The notes under the pieces: model-generated | The model's database searches: none | What the model saw: only the letters and a program-made list of their open reading frames with translations | Told to the model about the DNA's origin: nothing | Source: Candidatus Limnocylindrus sp. | Lineage (GTDB): Bacteria; Chloroflexota; Limnocylindria; Limnocylindrales; Limnocylindraceae | Direction: 5' to 3' | Assembly (NCBI GenBank): GCA_040397175.1 | Contig: JBBAWM010000003.1 | Coordinates: 223,355-245,235, forward strand | DNA length: 21,881 nt | Translations under genes and position numbers: made by a program | In this document: positions 8,196 through 14,802 of the stretch, piece after piece | Numbering within the stretch: position 1 is the stretch's first letter | Layout of the letters: each line of letters starts with the position of its first letter

Positions 8196-9277
8196 CTACG
8201 TACGGCGCTCCAATAGCGCTCAACCGCACCACCGCGACCGCTCTGCAGCGCAACGGTTGCACCCTGGGTTCGCACTGCATCCGCCATCTTCTCGACAGAG
8301 CCGAAGAGGTGCGGCACCTGCGACTCATATTGCGCGATCCCCTGAATCTTCTGTTCCAGCACATCGGTGATGTCGGCGATCTCTGGCGTGAGGCGAATGT
8401 TCGCGGGGAGACTGGCGGTGTAGTTCGCTGGGAGCCCCGCGGAAGGATCAAACTGCTGCCAGTAGGCGTACGGGAAGTCTTCGTAGAAGGCAACCTTGTC
8501 GCTCCAGTCGATGCCCGGCATTGTCCATGCCTGCGCATCGCCGAGCAGTGCGGCGCCCACGCGGCGGCAGAGCTGGTGGTCGACATGCGAGCCAACGCCG
8601 AGCGGAAAGTAGACGCGCTGTGGTTCAAGGCGTGCGATCTCCTTGCGGAGCAGATCGATTGGCGCTGCGTCGTTTGCGCGCACGGCGCCGAGCAGTTGCT
8701 CATCTCCCTCGTAGCCGCGGAACACCGCGTCGGGTAGATCTAGGAAGACGACGGCCGCTTCGGCGAAGAGTGCATAGCGCTCATCCTCTTGTCGTCGCTG
8801 TGCCATGGCCTCACCCGCGGCAACAGCGACGGCAACGGCCCCCGGATCGAGTACGCCCTGTCCGTTGCTGGTGTCGCGCGTGCGCCCGCCAGGAAGTGAT
8901 GTGGCACTGATGTCGGCGCGGCGATACCACGAGGCACGCTGCCAGAACTCCTTGGCGCTCTCGTCGGCTTCGCGCTGCGTCTCCTTGAGTCGTGCCGGTT
9001 CGGCCTGCCACGGTGCGAGTGCGTCGGCCGTTTCACCGGGCACCGCGTTGTCGGCGGCGATAGAGCCGCTGTCGAAGGCCTGCGTTGCCGGCCAGATCGC
9101 CTTGCCACCAAAGCCGAGCGCCTGTCGCTGGTAGGAGGTGAGGCGATCCAGATCGCCGTGGCCGGAGTAGACGCTGAGGATGATCACGTTCTGTCCGAGC
9201 TCGCGGAGGTTGGCGATCAGGCCACCGCACGAGAGTGCTGCGTCGTCGGGGTGGGGTGAGACGAAGATGTGGCTCAC
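8192..9277 (-). CDS. PIG-L/LmbE family de-N-acetylase
   Basis: IFVSPHPDDAALSCGG, RRQED, LDLPDAVFRGY, PLGVGSHVDH, FYEDFPY, K..GI..YESQ, ERYW. Start reassigned to GTG 9277. Confidence 0.9.
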   Translation of the reverse strand: MSHIFVSPHPDDAALSCGGLIANLRELGQNVIILSVYSGHGDLDRLTSYQRQALGFGGKAIWPATQAFDSGSIAADNAVPGETADALAPWQAEPARLKETQREADESAKEFWQRASWYRRADISATSLPGGRTRDTSNGQGVLDPGAVAVAVAAGEAMAQRRQEDERYALFAEAAVVFLDLPDAVFRGYEGDEQLLGAVRANDAAPIDLLRKEIARLEPQRVYFPLGVGSHVDHQLCRRVGAALLGDAQAWTMPGIDWSDKVAFYEDFPYAYWQQFDPSAGLPANYTASLPANIRLTPEIADITDVLEQKIQGIAQYESQVPHLFGSVEKMADAVRTQGATVALQSGRGGAVERYWSAVRS

Positions 9278-9293
9278 GCGCGCCGGCCCGTCG

Positions 9294-9518
9294 TTACGGG
9301 GTGGCGCTGGTCGACGGTGAGGCGCTCGGCGATTCCGACGGTGTCGGCGTGGCGGTGAGGAACTTGTTGACTGAGGCGGCGAAGCCGTCAGCGCCCGAGA
9401 TGAGGGCGTAGGCAATCACCCCACCGATCACGAGGTAGGCGAAGGTGACAAAGCGGCGTGGGCCGCGATCGCGCGGCGCGACCTTCGCGGCGACTGGCTG
9501 GAAATCGTTCTCTTCCAT
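9294..9518 (-). CDS. Small single-pass membrane protein with Ser/Thr/Pro-rich tail
   Basis: Basic patch, one TM helix, then TATPTPSESPSASPSTSATP. Fills the intergenic gap and has TAGAAT 6 nt upstream. Confidence 0.72.
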   Translation of the reverse strand: MEENDFQPVAAKVAPRDRGPRRFVTFAYLVIGGVIAYALISGADGFAASVNKFLTATPTPSESPSASPSTSATP

Positions 9519-9524
9519 GCGCCG

Positions 9525-9530
9525 ATTCTA
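9525..9530 (-). promoter_or_regulatory. Putative -10 (TAGAAT) for a leaderless transcript of the 74-aa gene and PIG-L
   Basis: Near-consensus hexamer exactly 6 nt upstream of ATG 9518. Confidence 0.65.
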
Positions 9531-9539
9531 GCGGCAGAG

Positions 9540-10679
9540 TTAGGGAAGGGTCGCGTACCCCGTGAGCTCAACATAGGAGCGCCCCGCGATTGGGCGCCCT
9601 GCGAGAGTCCCCACCACCGAGTTCGCCCCCTCCCAATAGATGACCCCCGTGCTCGCGAGGGTGTTCAGCTCCTGGTCAGCGACCTCGGGGGTCACCGTCA
9701 CGTTGAGGCCAATCCGGGCGATCTGCACCCGCCAGCCTTCTGGCCAGGTCGCCCCCGTGTGCGGGCTCGTCCAGGAGCCGAGGGCGGTCAGGGCGATATC
9801 AGCGCCATTGATGTGCCGAACCGATCCGCTGCGCGCCACCCAGGTGCCGTACACGAGCGGGTAGCTGCCATCCTTGGCGCGCACAAACGAGAGCATCAGG
9901 TCGCTCCCATCACTCAGGTTCAACGCGAACCAATCCCAGCCGCCGCCACCGATGGCAATGAAGTCGCCCCACTGATGATCGAACCAGGAGCTCCCGCGCA
10001 CGGCGAGCGTTTCGCCATCGATCGTCACACTCCCAGCGGTTGGCATGCGCGTGCGCGAGTAGTAATACGAACCGCCAGCGTCATCGAAGGTTACCCAGCC
10101 GTCGGTATCGTGCAGCACTGGCGCGCGACCAGCGCCCAGCTTCAACATCAAACCGTTCCCGCCAATCTCCATACCACCGTCAGGGAGTACCAGCATCACC
10201 CACGGATCACGACCAAGCGTTGCAGGGTCAAGTGGGTTCGCGCCAGTGATGGCGAACGCGGCACTCACCGCGCGGAACATATTCGGCCCAATGCTCACCT
10301 GTGGACCAACCTCCGTACGTTGGTCGTAGCTAAATGAACCCACACGATCGCCCCGTGGCTTCTCGGTAATGGCAATGTGGGACGCCCACGTCACGGGGAA
10401 CTGCCCGCGCTTTGCGCGGAAGATCACCGCCTCGTACCCAAACTCCCGCGTGCCGTCGATCGTTGTTAGGTGTCCAGTCACGTACCACCACTCGGTGAGA
10501 CGATCATGTGGCGCGTCATCGCGCGGCAGCTCAATTGCAATCGGATCACTCGTACTCGGTCGTGGTGTTGGCTTCTCATACGGCGCACCGGTTGGCGCAG
10601 GAGAATTCGCCAGCAGCGGACCGGAACATGCAGCGGCAAGCACCGCACTCATGAGTAGCAAGAGAGCACGTCGCGTCAT
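9540..10679 (-). CDS. AttH/CrtC-like (carotenoid 1,2-hydratase / lipocalin-like) lipoprotein
   Basis: Lipobox-like LAAAC after a signal peptide; motifs EWWYVTGHL, YYYSRTRM, SWFDHQWG, GWDWF, DQEL, YWEG, YVELTGY. Start overlaps the MMPL stop (ATGA). Confidence 0.88.
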   Translation of the reverse strand: MTRRALLLLMSAVLAAACSGPLLANSPAPTGAPYEKPTPRPSTSDPIAIELPRDDAPHDRLTEWWYVTGHLTTIDGTREFGYEAVIFRAKRGQFPVTWASHIAITEKPRGDRVGSFSYDQRTEVGPQVSIGPNMFRAVSAAFAITGANPLDPATLGRDPWVMLVLPDGGMEIGGNGLMLKLGAGRAPVLHDTDGWVTFDDAGGSYYYSRTRMPTAGSVTIDGETLAVRGSSWFDHQWGDFIAIGGGGWDWFALNLSDGSDLMLSFVRAKDGSYPLVYGTWVARSGSVRHINGADIALTALGSWTSPHTGATWPEGWRVQIARIGLNVTVTPEVADQELNTLASTGVIYWEGANSVVGTLAGRPIAGRSYVELTGYATLP

Positions 10680-12991
10680 CGCCGCTCCGCCTCGGACTCA
10701 GTTGCAATGCGCCCGGCGAGCAGTCGCTCCATCCACTTCGGTGCCCACCAGTTCTTATCGCCAAGGAGTCGCATCGTTGCTGGAACAAGCAGCGCGCGAA
10801 CAATCGTTGCATCGAGCGCCACCGCAATCGCCACACCAACACCGAGCGCCTTGATCAACACGATCTCGGCGAAGACGAACGAACCGGCAACCACCACAAC
10901 AATCAGTGCAGCACTCGTCACGATGCGACCACTGCGCTCGAGCCCGCCCGCAACTGCGGCGGCGTTGTCACCGGTGCGATCGTAGATCTCGCGCATGCGC
11001 GTCAACAAGAACACTTCGTAATCCATGGAGAGACCAAAGAGCACGCAGAACAAGATCACGGGGATCGTTGTCTCAACGAATCCGAGTGGCGCAAAGCCGA
11101 GCAGCGCAGAGAGGTTGCCATCTTGGAAGATCCAGACCAGCGCGCCGAAGCTCGCCAAGATTGAGAGCGTGTTCATGATTACCGCCTTGATTGGCAGCAC
11201 GATGGAGCGCAACAGCACGGCAAGAATGATGAGTGTGGCGAGGATGACGATCAGCGCACTGCGCGGGAACTCTGACGAGATGGTGTCGACCACGTCGACG
11301 ATTTCTGCGGCACCACCGCCAACGAGCGTGGTGAGGCCCGCGGGTGGGGTGAGCGTCGTCACTTCGCCAGCGCCAATTGCGTCTGGTGTTGCGGCGCGCA
11401 GCTCGGCGACGAGTGCGCGCGTATCGGGGCGGTTCGGCCCCTGCGCCGGCGTAATGGTGACGGCGGTGAGATCACCCTTGGTAGTGACCGAGAGCAGCTG
11501 CTGCACGTAGCGATCAGGTGGCGCACCAGTCGGTGAGTCGTAGAGCAACTGGTACTGCGCCAACGTGAGTCGCTCATCAATGGAGACGATGGAGTCAACA
11601 CGGGCGACGCGCGGGTCAGCCTCGAGCGCGCGCACCCAAGTAAAGAGCAGCGCAACGTTCTCTGGCGTCGTTGCGTCGCCGTTGGTGCGCACCGCAACGG
11701 TCATCGGCGAGAACTCACCCTCACCAAATGCGCTGGTGAGTGCATCGAGTGCCTGACGGCTCGGCACGCGTTCAGGAAGGATGCTGCCGTCGGGGGCGTT
11801 GAACTTCACGCCAAGCCACGGCGAGCCGAGCGCGACCAGGAGCGCCAGGGTTGGCACGGCAACGGCAAGTGGGCGACGCATCACACCGCGGGCGAGGCGA
11901 GCCCAGCGACCCTGCTCGTTCGGCTCCTCGTAGGTCACCTTACGCACGGCGAGGCGGTCAACCCGTGCTCCGAGCACGCCCAGGAGTGCGGGGAGGAGGG
12001 TGAGGCTGGCGAGCACGGCAAGCGCCACGGTGATGGCGCCAGCGATGCCGATGGAGCGCAGGATGGCGAAGTCAAACACCACCAGCCCGGCGAGACCGAG
12101 CATGACCGTTACCCCACTAAAGAAGACGGCGCGACCAGCGGTCGCCACGGTGCGCTGCACGGCGAGTGCCACGCGATCCGCCTTGCGAGCACTGCTTCGA
12201 CCAAACTCTTCGCGGAATCGCGAGACCATGAGCAGTGAATAGTCGACACCAAGACCGAGGCCGAGCAGTGTGGTGAGGTTCAACACGAAGACGCTCATGC
12301 GCGTCACCTGCGCCACACCGAAAATAGCGGCGAGTGCAACTAACACCGCAGCGCCACCAACGGCAAGAGGCAAACCTGCCGCAACGGCGGAGCCGAACAC
12401 CAACAACAGCACGATCGCAGCGAGCGGCAGGCTGATCAACTCACTGCGGCGCAGGTCGCTCTCCGACACGCTCTGAATGTCGGCGTAGAAGGCGGGGCCA
12501 CCGGCGATCTGCACGGTGAGGCCATCAACGGCAACGAGTGCCGCGGCAACGCCATCGAGTGCGGCTGGTGAATCGTCAGGCCCTAGATCCAAGAACACGA
12601 TGTCGTAGACAATGCGATTGGCAACGCTCACCTGCGATGGTGCGATCAGGTGCGAGCGAATGGCAACGACATGTGGCGCATTCGTGACGGCGGCCACCGC
12701 TCGCGTCGCTGCGGACTCGAACTCCATCGTGCCAGGAACCAAGGTCTTAGAAGAGATTGCCAGCACGAGCGCCGATGGTGGCGCACCAAGCTCCTTTTCA
12801 AGCAACGTGCGGGCGCGTGCCGATTCCAGCGTTGGCAGGTCAAAGCCACCCGCCTGTAGCGCGCCTGGCGCTTGTGGCGCGAATGGCAGCGCAAGCAGTA
12901 GTACCACCACCCACACGCCGATCACCGCGCGCCGATGCGCGTGCATTAAGGCACCGAGTCGTTCGAATGGTGGCAGTTGTCGCGGGGCCAC
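10676..12991 (-). CDS. MMPL family (RND superfamily) transporter
   Basis: Two MMPL halves; Asp-Tyr pairs GLGVDYSL and GLSMDYEVF; TAGRAVFFSG, GRIVTSAA, LDATIVRALLVPA, NWWAP. Start placed at GTG 12991, just after the upstream stop, with a GAGGGG SD. Confidence 0.95.
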   Translation of the reverse strand: MAPRQLPPFERLGALMHAHRRAVIGVWVVVLLLALPFAPQAPGALQAGGFDLPTLESARARTLLEKELGAPPSALVLAISSKTLVPGTMEFESAATRAVAAVTNAPHVVAIRSHLIAPSQVSVANRIVYDIVFLDLGPDDSPAALDGVAAALVAVDGLTVQIAGGPAFYADIQSVSESDLRRSELISLPLAAIVLLLVFGSAVAAGLPLAVGGAAVLVALAAIFGVAQVTRMSVFVLNLTTLLGLGLGVDYSLLMVSRFREEFGRSSARKADRVALAVQRTVATAGRAVFFSGVTVMLGLAGLVVFDFAILRSIGIAGAITVALAVLASLTLLPALLGVLGARVDRLAVRKVTYEEPNEQGRWARLARGVMRRPLAVAVPTLALLVALGSPWLGVKFNAPDGSILPERVPSRQALDALTSAFGEGEFSPMTVAVRTNGDATTPENVALLFTWVRALEADPRVARVDSIVSIDERLTLAQYQLLYDSPTGAPPDRYVQQLLSVTTKGDLTAVTITPAQGPNRPDTRALVAELRAATPDAIGAGEVTTLTPPAGLTTLVGGGAAEIVDVVDTISSEFPRSALIVILATLIILAVLLRSIVLPIKAVIMNTLSILASFGALVWIFQDGNLSALLGFAPLGFVETTIPVILFCVLFGLSMDYEVFLLTRMREIYDRTGDNAAAVAGGLERSGRIVTSAALIVVVVAGSFVFAEIVLIKALGVGVAIAVALDATIVRALLVPATMRLLGDKNWWAPKWMERLLAGRIATESEAERR

Positions 12992-12993
12992 GA

Positions 12994-13743
12994 TCAGTGC
13001 CCCTCGCCGAGTCGTGCGGCGAGAAACTCTGGAAGTCCAGCGGCGCGTACGAGCGACTGAGTGAGCGCAACGTCGTAGGTGACACGTCGCCACGTTACCG
13101 TGCCGAGCGCACCAATCGCTGAGCCATCGTCGCTGCGATCCCAGAGCACCCAGCTCGCGCGCACATCGCCATCACGCGGTTGCCCTACGGAGCCAACGTT
13201 GATCAGCGACGGCGAGAGGAGCGGCTGCGCGCGGCCGTCGATCACCACCGAAGCTGGTTGTTCGCCGCGCAGCGCCCAGTACGCGGGAACATGCGTGTGG
13301 CCGTGAAAGAGCACGGGCGTTGAGAGCACCTCAAGATTCTCGCGCGCACCCTCAGCGTCAATCACATACTCACCGAGCGGTTCGCGCGGGCTGCCATGCA
13401 CGAGCGTGGCGGCGCCCATCTCACTGATCTTTGGCAGCGCATGCAGCCACGTGGCGTTCTCAGGGGTGAGGTGCGTGGTTGTCCAGCGCACCGCTGCAGC
13501 CGCGGCAGGGTTGAACCATTTCACGTCGAGTTCACCGAGTACCGCCGCGTCGTGATTCCCCATCACGCCAACAGCACCGCGCTTGCGCAGCAGGGCAACG
13601 ACCTCATTCGGCTCCGCGTTGTAGCCAACGATGTCGCCGGTGTGCCAGATGGCAGCACCTGGGGCAACGGCATCGATGTCGGCGAGAACCGCCTGTAGTG
13701 CGGCGAGGTTGGCGTGAATGTCGCTAACGATTGCAATCTTCAC
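12994..13743 (-). CDS. Calcineurin-like metallophosphoesterase
   Basis: Motifs SDIHAN, GDIVGY, GNHD, VHGSP, HGHTH, NVGSVGQPRD. Confidence 0.93.
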   Translation of the reverse strand: MKIAIVSDIHANLAALQAVLADIDAVAPGAAIWHTGDIVGYNAEPNEVVALLRKRGAVGVMGNHDAAVLGELDVKWFNPAAAAAVRWTTTHLTPENATWLHALPKISEMGAATLVHGSPREPLGEYVIDAEGARENLEVLSTPVLFHGHTHVPAYWALRGEQPASVVIDGRAQPLLSPSLINVGSVGQPRDGDVRASWVLWDRSDDGSAIGALGTVTWRRVTYDVALTQSLVRAAGLPEFLAARLGEGH

Positions 13744-13749
13744 AACGGT

Positions 13750-14412
13750 CTACTTGCTTCGCGTGCGCAGGCGATCGATCAATCCAAGCCGCCAGGCGAG
13801 TGCGAGCAGCACCCCTGCCACAACGGCAAGTACCAAGAACGTATCAACCGGGGCGAGCGCCTCGCGAATCTGTGTCCACTGCGAGCCGAGCGCGGCCCCA
13901 ATTCCCACCAGCAGCGCCGACCAGATCAGCGCCCCGGCGGTGGAATAGACGATGAATGGTCGCAGCGGCATGCGGGCCACGCCGGCCGGGAAGCTAATGA
14001 AGGTGCGCACCACGGGGAGCATGCGGCTCCAGAAAGCGGTCGCCGAGCCGTGCCTGGTAAAGAAGCGGTCTGCGAGGTCGAGCTCGTGGGTGCGAATAAG
14101 CATGAAGCGGCCGTAGCGCTCCAAGAACGGCCGGCCACCCCGGGCACCGATCCAATAGAGAAGGAGGGAACCCGCGGTATTGCCGATGGTGCCCGCCAGC
14201 ACGGCCAGGATCGGGTTCCAGGCGGCACCGGTGAGGGGCTCGATCGCCCCAGGGTCGGCCACGAGGAAGCCGGCGAAGGGGAGGATCAACTCTGAAGGGA
14301 GGGGGATCCCCGCCGACTCGATCGCCATGGCCACGCCCACCCCTAGGTAGCCGACGGCCCCATAGAGGGAGGTCAGGAAGGGGATCACGATCGCGTCAAG
14401 CCAGTGGAGCAT
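13750..14412 (-). CDS. dedA: DedA family membrane protein
   Basis: IESAGIPLPSELILPFAG, YWIGARGGR, FF.RHG, SRMLPVVRTFISFPAG..RM....F. Confidence 0.93.
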   Translation of the reverse strand: MLHWLDAIVIPFLTSLYGAVGYLGVGVAMAIESAGIPLPSELILPFAGFLVADPGAIEPLTGAAWNPILAVLAGTIGNTAGSLLLYWIGARGGRPFLERYGRFMLIRTHELDLADRFFTRHGSATAFWSRMLPVVRTFISFPAGVARMPLRPFIVYSTAGALIWSALLVGIGAALGSQWTQIREALAPVDTFLVLAVVAGVLLALAWRLGLIDRLRTRSK

Positions 14413-14418
14413 GCCCTG

Positions 14419-14427
14419 ATCGTGCCA
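14419..14427 (-). promoter_or_regulatory. Putative extended -10 (TGG-CACGAT) for a leaderless dedA operon
   Basis: Hexamer 6 nt upstream of ATG 14412; no SD. Confidence 0.5.
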
Positions 14428-14458
14428 GAGATCAGCACCTTCTGTTCCCCACCCCCGC

Positions 14459-14464
14459 TATGAT
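14459..14464 (+). promoter_or_regulatory. Putative -10 (TATGAT) for a leaderless transcript of the 108-aa gene
   Basis: Near-consensus hexamer 6 nt upstream of ATG 14471. Confidence 0.65.
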
Positions 14465-14470
14465 TCACCC

Positions 14471-14797
14471 ATGGACATGTTCACGCTCCCATTCGCCCAC
14501 CCGATCGAGTTCTTCATCTCGATGGCGATCGGTGGCGGTTTCGTCTTCATCTTCCAGAAGGCGGCGATGAGTGCGGAGCAGCGCGAGACCGCCTGGGTGC
14601 GACGCTTCGTGACTGGCCCGAACGGCAGGTTGGTGTGGGGCGGCGCCTGGCTCGTGTGGGCTGTGGGCTTCGGACTTCTTCTTGGCACCTTCACCGACAA
14701 GACCGCAGCATCGCCGTACGGCTCCGTCGGCCTCGTCGCCCTCTTCTCAGGCTTCTTCCTGATGATGGGCTTCATCTGGGCGACGATCGGCGAATAG
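14471..14797 (+). CDS. Hypothetical membrane protein (about 3 TM helices)
   Basis: 108 aa, three hydrophobic segments, very high G/C at third codon positions, with a promoter-like element upstream. Confidence 0.82.
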   Translation: MDMFTLPFAHPIEFFISMAIGGGFVFIFQKAAMSAEQRETAWVRRFVTGPNGRLVWGGAWLVWAVGFGLLLGTFTDKTAASPYGSVGLVALFSGFFLMMGFIWATIGE

Positions 14798-14802
14798 TCA
14801 CC

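Noticed and set aside
6673-9277. Calling GT4 and PIG-L mshA/mshB or bshA/bshB
   Set aside because: Only family-level motifs are visible, no cysteine ligase is present in the window, and the GNAT is CelD/BcsL-like rather than MshD-like.
9278-9415. Extended start of the PIG-L ORF
   Set aside because: It overlaps the 74-aa gene, and family homology begins at VSHIFVSPH (GTG 9277).
9540-10679. Calling the lipocalin gene crtC
   Set aside because: It has a lipoprotein signal and no carotenoid genes nearby, so a generic AttH-like call is safer.
12992-13093. Extended start of the MMPL ORF
   Set aside because: It overlaps the phosphoesterase 3' end; GTG 12991 with an SD fits better.
14635-14802. Extended start of the S8 ORF (953 aa)
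   Set aside because: It overlaps the 108-aa gene, and the signal peptide begins at ATG 14803.
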